IMG/VR virus record: IMGVR_UViG_3300029787_000021
Coordinates: 1 to 64,000 of that record
DNA length: 64,000 bases
Strand: one strand, 5' to 3'
Origin: a virus
The notes beneath the pieces are model-generated. The model was given only the letters and a program-made list of their open reading frames with translations, was not told the origin of the DNA and searched no databases. Shown here in pieces: positions 28,044 through 37,271 of this stretch (positions are counted from its first letter, which is position 1; the number at the start of each line of letters is the position of its first letter). A program made the translations under genes and the position numbers.

Positions 28044-31000
28044 TTAAATCATACACATCATTGATGAACCAAAACTTGATCCATTCCAATACATTACTTT
28101 TGGTCCATTACTAAACCACCTAGCAGAAGGATAAGAAGTACTATTAGATAGTCTCCATATATAATTCGCTGATATAAAACTACTTGTATCAGTATACCAC
28201 GTACTTGGTGATGAAGACTGTGCAGCACAAGCCGATGTTTCGTCAGCTCCCCACCCTAACGTCTGTGCATATCTAGTACCTATCGGTGAATTAGATGGTG
28301 TTATCGAAGGAGTTTTCGATGGAGTTACCGAAGGTGTAGTACTAGGAGTTGCAGATGGAGTAACAGAAGCACTAGGAGTTTTACTTGGAGTAACTGATGG
28401 TGTAACCGAAGGTGTTACGCTAGGGGTAACAGAAGCACTTGGTGTTTTAGACGGTGTTACGCTAGGAGTAACTGATGCGCTAGGTGTTTTAGACGGCGTT
28501 ACTGAAGGAGTTACAGACGGTGTAACTGAAGGAGTAACAGATGCACTAGGAGTTACCGAAGGAGTTACCGAAGGAGTAACAGATGCACTAGGAGTCTTAG
28601 ATGGTGTTACTGATGCACTAGGAGTTTTACTTGGTGTTACCGAAGGTGTTACTGAAGCACTTGGTGTCTTAGATGGTGTTACCGAAGGTGTTACAGACGG
28701 CGTAACAGAAGCACTAGGTGTCTTAGATGGTGTAACAGACGGTGTAACAGAAGCACTTGGTGTTACTGATGGGGTTATCGAAGGAGTAACTGATACCGAT
28801 GCTGTCTTAGATGGTGTTACTGATACTGATGCTGTTTTAGATGGTGTTACTGATGGTGTTGCTGAAGGCGTCTTAGATGGTGTTATACTAGGAGTAATTG
28901 ACGGTGTTACTGATACTGATGGAGTAACAGAAGGCGTCGAAGATATTACCGGTGTAACAGAAACAGATGGTGTAGCGCTAGGAGTAACAGAAGGTGTTAC
29001 TGATGGCGGTACAAATAATCTAACTTCAAAGTTACAATCAAATGACATATCAAATACTGATATATCAAATATTAAATTTTTACCAGACTGCTTTTTAAAT
29101 GTATTATCTCTACTTATATCTTGTTGAGCAGCTATAATTAATGAACCACTTAATTCACCATCGAAAGTAGGACTTTCATCATCTATAATTTTTAATGCTG
29201 AACCTGATTTTGTAGGTACAAACTTATTATATGCAGTTGTGCTATTAAAAGAATATTTATCTCCTATATCATAAAGACCTGCTGATCCTGCTGATGCAGA
29301 TACTATTTCGATAGAGCCTGTGTAGTCTCTTTGTTCAAATGAACCAGATACTAATTTAGCTTTACTCCTATTTAATACGTTTGGTTTGATTATTACTCCT
29401 ACAGAAGCATTAGCTCTTGCAGGTATATAATCTTTAATAGATTTAAATAAAGTATTATCAAAAAATCTTATTAATGATACAAAGTCTTTTAAATCATATT
29501 TACTGTTATCTTTAGTATAGTCTTCTAATAGGGGTTTCAAACCTGAATATGAACTATTATGACTATCGTCTGGTGCTCCTATATAATCGTCTATATTTAT
29601 ACCTCCAGCAGCTGATGCTGAAAAGTGTATTTGAGTATTTATATTATCTGTTGGAGAAAAACCTACTTCTAAAGTATGTCTACCTGGTGATCTTTTATAT
29701 ATTTTTCTTCTTATGGTTCTATTAGCTAATAATGCATCTCCTTCTGCTAATGAACCGGTTACGTCTACCGTAACTCTATCTAAAGAGGTTAAGCTTTTAT
29801 CTTCTATGTCTATACTACCGCCCATATTAGGATGATTACCGCAGTAGTAATATAGGGTATCCGGAGCTGTTTGAGAGACTAAAAAAGTATATTTTAAATC
29901 TGTACCTAAGGTTCCTCCATTGTCTGACCATCCATTAGTATATTGATCTCCTGAGTTGTGCTCACCATCAGAGGTTGTTGATAAACGGATAGGATGAGTA
30001 CCATTAGTACTATCAGATTGATTAAATGTATAAGTATGTCCTCTTAATAAAGTTAGAGTTTCTTGCAATACTCCGTCTATATAATATCTATTACCTGCTC
30101 CTGGGTTATCAACTGTTATAGTGTATTCTCTATCTAATGATCCTGTTATATGTTCAGATGGAGATAAATAAACGTTTTGTTCTCTATCTATATCACCATC
30201 AATATTAATAGTTAATATATCAGAAGGTACTCCATAACAGTTTATTAATGCTCTTAAACCTCTTTCAGTTCCTTTAGCTTTAGTTATATAAGGAAGGTTA
30301 TGATAAATTCTTTTATATACTTCTTGTATATATGATTTTTTAGGCATAGGCTGTAAAAAGGCCTGAGGTCCGGATGATGCTGTAACGTGTGTAGTACTGC
30401 CTGATGTGTATTCCTGTCCTGTAAAATATGAGAATAGGTTTTCTAAAGTTTCATTACTAGAATATAATTTAACACCGAATCCTTTTAGTGCTTCTCCAAC
30501 TAAATCTCTAGATATTCCATGATTTAATCTATTATCATTATCATATTTATCAGACAGTGCTCTTTGGTAAATCCATATATTATCAAAGTGTTGACCTAAC
30601 ATATATGTAAATGTCAGTGCTTCATTATTACTAGTATCTTCTCTTATAAATGCGGGTATAGCGTTAGTAAGTGCATTAAAATTACTTACATCATAATTAG
30701 AAGCAGAAGAAACATTATCATTAAACCACGTTGTTGTAGCAGCATTACTGCTTGACATTAAAATATAAGGTCGAGAAGTATTAGATTTAGGCCAGGAATA
30801 GCTTCCGCTTTCATAATATAGAAATCTATCGTAGTGATCAAAGTTATCTACTACTCCCGAGATAAGTCCTTCATAGTATTCTATACTACCGGTTACGTCT
30901 GCGTTATTACTTCCCTGTGCTTTTAGCGTTGCTACACTACTGCTATATCCTTCTACTAATTGTAGTTTATATTTAAAGTTTCTTAATCTTTCCTCAGCTG

Positions 31001-31901
31001 ATCCAAAGTGTACAAAGTTTTCATAATCCTCATGATCTATACTTATAGATGAACCACTTTCATTAGCCATCGACATTAGTTCATAATAAGAACTACTTAC
31101 AGGGTAACTAAATAGTTCGTTAAAATTATAATACGGACTAGGAGTTCCTTGCTCATCATCTGTATCTACTTGATAATTAGGTCCTGCTAAGCTTTCAAAT
31201 ACTTCAGGATCTACTATTGTTTCCGCAGTTACTTCGTACGCTTGACTATCACTTATTATATCAATAATAGTTAATAGATCTTTTCTTTTTATAGATTTAG
31301 GTAAAGGTTCGTATAATTTTACTAATACGGCTGTTTGACCTTTATATTGCTGGGAGCTAATATTAACTCCTATGGCTAGTTTATTTTCTAAAAAGTTTAA
31401 CCTAAAATCACTAAAATAAGATTCACTATTTATAGAGGCTTCTATATTACTAGTTACTCTAGATATAAAACCATCTGATAGTTCTGGTGTTAAAAGTCTT
31501 AACTCCGTTCTGTCTTTTGAGATAGTCTCTATATAAAATCTTGGTTGATTAGTTCTTCTGCTATATAGGTTATTTACAAAGTTATAAACCAGTCTGATAT
31601 CTCCTGAGTTATAGCCTAATTCAATAGCATCTTGTACCGGATCTATTTCTATTCTTGACTCGCCAGACTTACCTGCTCCTGCTGCTGTAGCTAAAAACGA
31701 GTATCCTTTGTAATTATAAGATGATTTTAAGAGAACACCTGTAAGGTCATAAGCATGGACTTCCATGTTATTAACCCCTGTTTTAAATGTATTAGCTAGA
31801 GTAAAATCACCGACCAGTCTTATATCACTTTCATTATATAAGTCTATACCTGTTACTTGTTCAGGAAATAGTGAAACTACATTATACTCTATTTTAGCCA
31901 T
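28044..31901 (-). CDS. Large baseplate/fibre protein with a cupredoxin-like insert and an S-V-T-P repeat stalk
   Basis: AKGTERGLRALINCYG wedge-type motif; HPIRLS...LYYYCGNHPNMGG insert; long (SVTP)n near the C-terminus. Confidence 0.75.
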   Translation of the reverse strand: MAKIEYNVVSLFPEQVTGIDLYNESDIRLVGDFTLANTFKTGVNNMEVHAYDLTGVLLKSSYNYKGYSFLATAAGAGKSGESRIEIDPVQDAIELGYNSGDIRLVYNFVNNLYSRRTNQPRFYIETISKDRTELRLLTPELSDGFISRVTSNIEASINSESYFSDFRLNFLENKLAIGVNISSQQYKGQTAVLVKLYEPLPKSIKRKDLLTIIDIISDSQAYEVTAETIVDPEVFESLAGPNYQVDTDDEQGTPSPYYNFNELFSYPVSSSYYELMSMANESGSSISIDHEDYENFVHFGSAEERLRNFKYKLQLVEGYSSSVATLKAQGSNNADVTGSIEYYEGLISGVVDNFDHYDRFLYYESGSYSWPKSNTSRPYILMSSSNAATTTWFNDNVSSASNYDVSNFNALTNAIPAFIREDTSNNEALTFTYMLGQHFDNIWIYQRALSDKYDNDNRLNHGISRDLVGEALKGFGVKLYSSNETLENLFSYFTGQEYTSGSTTHVTASSGPQAFLQPMPKKSYIQEVYKRIYHNLPYITKAKGTERGLRALINCYGVPSDILTINIDGDIDREQNVYLSPSEHITGSLDREYTITVDNPGAGNRYYIDGVLQETLTLLRGHTYTFNQSDSTNGTHPIRLSTTSDGEHNSGDQYTNGWSDNGGTLGTDLKYTFLVSQTAPDTLYYYCGNHPNMGGSIDIEDKSLTSLDRVTVDVTGSLAEGDALLANRTIRRKIYKRSPGRHTLEVGFSPTDNINTQIHFSASAAGGINIDDYIGAPDDSHNSSYSGLKPLLEDYTKDNSKYDLKDFVSLIRFFDNTLFKSIKDYIPARANASVGVIIKPNVLNRSKAKLVSGSFEQRDYTGSIEIVSASAGSAGLYDIGDKYSFNSTTAYNKFVPTKSGSALKIIDDESPTFDGELSGSLIIAAQQDISRDNTFKKQSGKNLIFDISVFDMSFDCNFEVRLFVPPSVTPSVTPSATPSVSVTPVISSTPSVTPSVSVTPSITPSITPSKTPSATPSVTPSKTASVSVTPSKTASVSVTPSITPSVTPSASVTPSVTPSKTPSASVTPSVTPSVTPSKTPSASVTPSVTPSKTPSASVTPSKTPSASVTPSVTPSVTPSASVTPSVTPSVTPSVTPSKTPSASVTPSVTPSKTPSASVTPSVTPSVTPSVTPSKTPSASVTPSATPSTTPSVTPSKTPSITPSNSPIGTRYAQTLGWGADETSACAAQSSSPSTWYTDTSSFISANYIWRLSNSTSYPSARWFSNGPKVMYWNGSSFGSSMMCMI
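28290..29010 (-). repeat. Degenerate 12/18-bp coding repeats encoding (SVTP/SKTP/SASVTP)n
   Basis: About 240 aa of S/T/P/V repeats. Confidence 0.9.
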
Positions 31902-31911
31902 TTACCTTTTA

Positions 31912-32283
31912 TTAGCCGGTTGTATTATTATTTGTTGGTTGGAAACTGTTTGCCTTTTCAAGCTCAAGTCTCAATATATCTTCATTAGAATCTACTAATT
32001 GAGCTCTAAGGTTAGCAATTTCATCTAAAAGCGGCTGTAATTGGTCATCTGTTTCATCAAGATCCACAAGTTCTGAGCTTCTTCTAATTAAGTATTCATG
32101 AGAAGAATTAGAGTTTCTTAATGGTATCTCTAAATAAAGTTTATTATACAACCTAAAAAATTCTGCTACAGTATCAGTATCAACTAATTCTATAGGAGGA
32201 ACAAACGTTTTAAAGTTTCTATCTACTACTCTTTCGAATTCAGTTCTGTTAAATACAGTTTTTTGTATATTAATTTCAGCCAT
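31912..32283 (-). CDS. Hypothetical tail-module protein
   Basis: 123 aa with a C-terminal coiled coil. Confidence 0.55.
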   Translation of the reverse strand: MAEINIQKTVFNRTEFERVVDRNFKTFVPPIELVDTDTVAEFFRLYNKLYLEIPLRNSNSSHEYLIRRSSELVDLDETDDQLQPLLDEIANLRAQLVDSNEDILRLELEKANSFQPTNNNTTG

Positions 32284-33391
32284 TTTGAGTTACTTTAAAA
32301 ATATTATCATTATCTATAACTACTTCACTTCCGTCTAAAGATGAACTAACTAATATTTTGTAATATCTTTGAGGTTGTAAAGTATCCATATATAAATCAA
32401 AATAACTTCCATTACTATCACAACTAATCTTAGTATGTGTACTATTAAAGTCCACTACCATTTCATCTGTAAAATCATCTTTAATTCCATAATAAGAGTT
32501 TTCTGGTAGTGCTAGATTAGTGTTATAAATAGAAGCTGTAGTAAATGTTCTAGTAGGGTACTTTTGTTTAGCTGTTAGTCTAAATCTTTGTTTGCTAACA
32601 TTTTTATATGTACCTCTATTATTTTTTATTCCTATAGTAGCTACATCAGTACCTAATACAGATAATGACCCAGTACTATATGATGAATCATCCCAAGCTA
32701 TTTCTAGATAAGGAGAATATATAGTATTCGTGTCTCTGCTATAATATCTTAGTTTAATAGATGAAGTAGTTTCAAACTCGTATTCATCTGCTAATTTTAC
32801 TATAAAACCATAATTATCTATAGATTCAGAGTGTATTAATTTTACTGCGTTAGTTACGTCTATTGACATATCTAAATCACTATATAAAGGATATGATTGA
32901 GTTGTCTGCAGATCTAGCCCTAAAGATCCTGTATACCAATGTCCTCCTCCTGCGGCTGCTCCTGTATTACTACCTGAGAAAGAACCGGTTGTAAAACTAG
33001 GATAAGAGCTTACAGTCCATGCATTAGTTGCCCCGTCTGATCTATGTTTCCAAGTACATCCGCTGTTATTTACAGGATCATCATAATACTTACCTAAACC
33101 ATTATCCCATGATACAGCTAGTGGAAATGATTCTATACTTATATTATCTTTTAATTCTGTTGCATCTGCAAGAAAGTAGTTTAGACTTGCTGAAAATCCA
33201 CCTGTTACTTTACCGTTAAGGGTACTTTGTATTTCAGATAGACTATATTGAGTCAATATTCTAGAAGCTTTACCTTCCTGATTAACAGGGAATCCGCCAA
33301 TTTCAGCGATTTCATCTCTACCAGCATTTGAACCTGATCGTTCAGAGCTTATAAAGGTGTCTTTTTCTGGGTATAGTCTAAATATTGCCAT
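32276..33391 (-). CDS. Virion structural protein (beta-sandwich type)
   Basis: KDTFIS...N.G.DE, SRIL, W..G.G and YSRDTNTIYSPYLEIAWDD segments; baseplate context. Confidence 0.6.
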   Translation of the reverse strand: MAIFRLYPEKDTFISSERSGSNAGRDEIAEIGGFPVNQEGKASRILTQYSLSEIQSTLNGKVTGGFSASLNYFLADATELKDNISIESFPLAVSWDNGLGKYYDDPVNNSGCTWKHRSDGATNAWTVSSYPSFTTGSFSGSNTGAAAGGGHWYTGSLGLDLQTTQSYPLYSDLDMSIDVTNAVKLIHSESIDNYGFIVKLADEYEFETTSSIKLRYYSRDTNTIYSPYLEIAWDDSSYSTGSLSVLGTDVATIGIKNNRGTYKNVSKQRFRLTAKQKYPTRTFTTASIYNTNLALPENSYYGIKDDFTDEMVVDFNSTHTKISCDSNGSYFDLYMDTLQPQRYYKILVSSSLDGSEVVIDNDNIFKVTQNG

Positions 33392-33392
33392 C

Positions 33393-35216
33393 TTATACTG
33401 TTGTTATTCTTCCTTTTATGTCCGAATTAGGATATTTTATTTCAAATATACAAGGATCATATGAAGGATATATTACGTTGTTTCTTAAAGCTGAGTTTAC
33501 ATCGTATTCGTATTTAGAATATACTCCGCCAACTTTATTTACTATCTCTATTTTCTGTACTGTTTGTACTCCTTTTACCTTATCAAGCAATGTATTCATT
33601 TTAGAAAGGTTTATAGGTTGATTTATATTTCTATTTTCTATTGCCATATATGATTTTATAGCATTAGTACAGTTAAGTAGTACTTGTCTACCTGTATGAT
33701 TAGGTAAAGCTAATACTTCAAAGTTTATACCTATATTAACTATAAATGCATCTTTAATATTTACTGAGTCAGTAATTAGCATATATTGTGATAAGTATTT
33801 CTTAAGATTTTCTTTTAGGTTTTGAGTAGATGTTATCAACTTACCATTATTATCGTAAGCTAAAACATACATTGATAATGCAAATGGATTATTATTTACT
33901 AAGCTTGTTGTAGCTTCATCTTGAGTAGCTTCATCTTGGGTAATAAACGTTTTAGCTACACTACCAAATCTAGCAGGTAAAGAGTTAGCTCTAACGCTAT
34001 AATCTTGTAATGTTACCGCTCTTCCCTGTTCACCGAAAGCTCTCATAGCATTTTCTCTTATTTCTTGAGTACTATCTCCGTCTTTACCTCCAGTAGCGGC
34101 TAAAGGATTAGTAAACGATAATGTATTAACATAAGTATCGTCCGTAGCACTTGTAGTGACTGCTTTGGTTGTTGTAATTGTATTAGCAGGTACGTTAGAT
34201 ACTATGCCTCCTCCTTTTAAATATTTTATAGTTAACGTAGTATTTGATGGAGCTAAGCCATAAGTACCGGTAAATAAGAAGTTTGAAGGATCATAAGAGT
34301 GATCCATTCTACTTATACCTTCTGCATTACCAACACCTACGTTATTGGGATTAGGTGTAATAGAAACATCTTCAGAAGGACTTACTCCTGCACCAAATTG
34401 TAGTTGTAAATTACCTTGAGAATTAAATCTAGTAACAAATCTTCTAGGCACTTTTCTTAATACTAATTTATGAGATACTCTATTACTGTCTGAGTCTGTG
34501 TTAGCTTCGTCGTCAAATATAGTTTCTTGTCCTAAGTAAGGTACTTCGTAATAAACGTTACTATTAGTATCAGTAACTGACAGTATTCCGACTATATTAC
34601 TATCGTCTACCGTAATAGTTTTAAATTTTTCTGCATTTCCAATAGCAACTGTTGTTGTTAATACTTCTCCTGAAAATGCTTTTGCTTTCTTTTTTAATGT
34701 ATATTGAGCTGGATTACCTGACTCTACAGAATGTACTGTAATATCAGTTGGATCTAATGAACTAGAAAAAGAAAAGTCTACTGATTTATCTATTATAAAG
34801 TCCGGTTGCCCTGATACATTAGCGGTTAATTGTGCGTCTTCACTTATTAATATTGCTTGATTAAAGTTAGGTTGGTAATTATCGCCGGATGCTAATGCTG
34901 CTACTTGTTGAGATACTTCTATTTCAACTTCTGATACTGTGGTAACTTTTGGTCTATACCCTAACATGTATGCTAACGAATATAAATTCTCAGGGTTTTT
35001 AGCATGTTGTATAAATGTTTCTTGTAGTTGTATATCTTGATAAAAAGATAATACATCACCAACATAAGATGCCATCTCTATAAACATCATACCTGGAGAG
35101 GTAGGAGAGAAATCGTTATACGAATCAGGATAGTAGTTTTTTGCAAACTCTACTAACTGGTTTTTAAAGTCAGCAAAATTCCTGTTTACGTATTTTATAT
35201 CTTTAGTTTTTGCCAT
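33393..35216 (-). CDS. Baseplate wedge subunit (T4 gp6 / baseplate J-like)
   Basis: YNDFSPTSPGMMFIEMASYVGDVLSFYQD, LQFGAG, ATGGKDG and RAVTLQDY motifs. Confidence 0.92.
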   Translation of the reverse strand: MAKTKDIKYVNRNFADFKNQLVEFAKNYYPDSYNDFSPTSPGMMFIEMASYVGDVLSFYQDIQLQETFIQHAKNPENLYSLAYMLGYRPKVTTVSEVEIEVSQQVAALASGDNYQPNFNQAILISEDAQLTANVSGQPDFIIDKSVDFSFSSSLDPTDITVHSVESGNPAQYTLKKKAKAFSGEVLTTTVAIGNAEKFKTITVDDSNIVGILSVTDTNSNVYYEVPYLGQETIFDDEANTDSDSNRVSHKLVLRKVPRRFVTRFNSQGNLQLQFGAGVSPSEDVSITPNPNNVGVGNAEGISRMDHSYDPSNFLFTGTYGLAPSNTTLTIKYLKGGGIVSNVPANTITTTKAVTTSATDDTYVNTLSFTNPLAATGGKDGDSTQEIRENAMRAFGEQGRAVTLQDYSVRANSLPARFGSVAKTFITQDEATQDEATTSLVNNNPFALSMYVLAYDNNGKLITSTQNLKENLKKYLSQYMLITDSVNIKDAFIVNIGINFEVLALPNHTGRQVLLNCTNAIKSYMAIENRNINQPINLSKMNTLLDKVKGVQTVQKIEIVNKVGGVYSKYEYDVNSALRNNVIYPSYDPCIFEIKYPNSDIKGRITTV

Positions 35217-35626
35217 TATTGTTCAAAATTAATATTTAGAAAATCTTCTATACCAGTTTCAGCTATTTGGTAGCTCATACTAAAATTTACTGAGTTATTA
35301 TCAGGATCTGCTGTTGTAGAAATTTTACTTGGTATAACCGCTGGGAAGTAGTTTCTTAACGAAGATCTTACTTCTTGGTCTATTTGTTCTATTTTTTCTT
35401 CAGTTATATTATCAAATAGAAGATTTCTTAATCCTGTGCCTAAACCAGGGCTAAAGAATCTTTCTCCTCTACCAGTTAAGAAAAAATTAATTATATTATT
35501 TTTTATAGCATCTTTTGTAGTATATGTAGAGTTAAACACAGCTTGACCGCTAAACGGTAGAGAGATCCCTACAGCTTTTCTAGGCTGTCTATCTAGTGGA
35601 TTAATTCTTTTTACTTCAAATGCCAT
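35216..35626 (-). CDS. Baseplate wedge subunit (T4 gp25-like)
   Basis: IKNNIINFFLTGRGERFFSPGLGTGLRNLLFD. Confidence 0.9.
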   Translation of the reverse strand: MAFEVKRINPLDRQPRKAVGISLPFSGQAVFNSTYTTKDAIKNNIINFFLTGRGERFFSPGLGTGLRNLLFDNITEEKIEQIDQEVRSSLRNYFPAVIPSKISTTADPDNNSVNFSMSYQIAETGIEDFLNINFEQ

Positions 35627-35627
35627 A

Positions 35628-36047
35628 TTATGTTAATTGTCTACTACTTTTTTTATTAGCTAAATCTAATATATCTTTAGCTTTACCTACAAATTCTAAT
35701 TTACTTATATCTATACCCGGCTCTGGTCCGCTGTTCATACCCATTCCAGATGCCATTCTATTTGCTGTGGAAGGCTGTCCTCCCATTATATTATTAGCAT
35801 CTTCTTTTGTCATAGTATTCATAGTCTGGTTTAGCATCTCTGTTATAGGAGTCAAATTCTTTTTATTAGTCTCATTTAACTTAGGATCTACCGACCATTT
35901 TCTAGTTTTAGTGTCTGCTTTCTTGTAACCACTCGTTTCAGGTTTACTGGCAAACTTAACTGCCTCATTTAAAATGTCTTTCAACTCGTCCTGGACGGCT
36001 GCTCTGACTTCTTCTCTTATTATTTTTCGTAAACTATCTAGTTTCAT
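35628..36047 (-). CDS. Hypothetical protein with MKLDSLRKIIREEV leader
   Basis: 139 aa; TATTTATA motif immediately upstream. Confidence 0.6.
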   Translation of the reverse strand: MKLDSLRKIIREEVRAAVQDELKDILNEAVKFASKPETSGYKKADTKTRKWSVDPKLNETNKKNLTPITEMLNQTMNTMTKEDANNIMGGQPSTANRMASGMGMNSGPEPGIDISKLEFVGKAKDILDLANKKSSRQLT

Positions 36048-36065
36048 AATTATAAATATCCTTTA

Positions 36066-37271
36066 TTACAATAATGCTAGCTGAGTATTCAATCTTACTT
36101 TCATATCATCTAATATTATTCTTGGTTTTGGTGTAAAAGTTTCAGGGGATGTTAATACTACTGCACTAGGGTCCCCATTATTCCACAATTGTGCAGTACC
36201 AAATCTTCTTTGAGCTATAAGAGGTGATGTTGGATCATCTTGTACTCTTAATAAATATACGTTACCATCCAGAGCTGTAAATAATTCTGAGTTTGGAGGC
36301 AGTCCATCTACTCCTGTTGCATCTCCTGTATTAAGAGGTAATCCATCAGGTCCTATTAAACCATCTTCTCCACTACCGCCATCTACGTCTGGGTTAGTAC
36401 TATTATCAAAATCTCCTTCGATTGCTCTTCTTCTCAATCTACTTTTTATACCTTCCGGTATAAGATCTGATTGATTCATTTCATCGAATATATCAAGTAT
36501 GTCCAGCATAGCATCGTCAAATCCATCACCAGTACCTCCATCTAATTCACTTTGTATAAGTCCTAACGCGTCTGCTAATGTATCTTCTAATTCATTTAAT
36601 AGGTCATTTAATTCAGGATCTATTTCTTCATCAGGGTCTATACCATTTAAAACTTCACAATATGCTCCAGCAAAAGCACATACCTCGTTAATCTTATCTA
36701 GTACAGACATAGCTGGTACTAGTGCTGCTTGAAGGGTAGCTACTAGGGTTTGTATTGCTTGAACTATCTTAGTTATTTTTTCTACTATTTTATTTACTTT
36801 AGCTCTAATATTACTAAGCGCAGTTGTTACACTTACCGGTATACCTATACCAGGAGGAACCGATTGAGGTAAAGGAATACTTAATACTACATTAACTATT
36901 CTTAACAGCCTCGAAATAGGTCCTAAAAGCCTCTGAGCTGTACCTAGTAATTTAGTTGCGGTATCTCCTATCTTACCTGCAAAATCATTTAGTCTATCTT
37001 GTAAGGAGCTTACAGAATCCATTCTTTCACATATAGACGGTGATACTTTTTCTGTTATTGCTCCTGTTGCTACCTGGAGTATAACTGCTTTCATTTTATT
37101 AAGTATAACCTGTTTAGATTCTTTAAATTTAGATACTATATTACCTTTAGCTCTACCTATAGCTACACCTATCTTTTCTTTAAGATTAGTTTTTTCCATA
37201 CCCGAACTGTCCGGCTGGGTACCGATTGGCGGGGTATTTTCAGTTGACTGTAATCCTGGTTGATCTGCCAT
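36066..37271 (-). CDS. Helical/acidic protein next to the baseplate hub
   Basis: Amphipathic helices flanking a PPGIGIP turn, followed by an acidic region. Confidence 0.5.
   Translation of the reverse strand: MADQPGLQSTENTPPIGTQPDSSGMEKTNLKEKIGVAIGRAKGNIVSKFKESKQVILNKMKAVILQVATGAITEKVSPSICERMDSVSSLQDRLNDFAGKIGDTATKLLGTAQRLLGPISRLLRIVNVVLSIPLPQSVPPGIGIPVSVTTALSNIRAKVNKIVEKITKIVQAIQTLVATLQAALVPAMSVLDKINEVCAFAGAYCEVLNGIDPDEEIDPELNDLLNELEDTLADALGLIQSELDGGTGDGFDDAMLDILDIFDEMNQSDLIPEGIKSRLRRRAIEGDFDNSTNPDVDGGSGEDGLIGPDGLPLNTGDATGVDGLPPNSELFTALDGNVYLLRVQDDPTSPLIAQRRFGTAQLWNNGDPSAVVLTSPETFTPKPRIILDDMKVRLNTQLALL

Noticed and set aside
27110-29010. Dense short repeats as a CRISPR array or non-coding tandem repeat
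   Set aside because: There is no constant repeat with unique spacers; variation is at synonymous positions of an in-frame S-V-T-P coding tract
20989-31901. Diversity-generating retroelement acting on tail fibres
   Set aside because: No reverse transcriptase and no template/variable repeat pair differing at adenines was seen in this window
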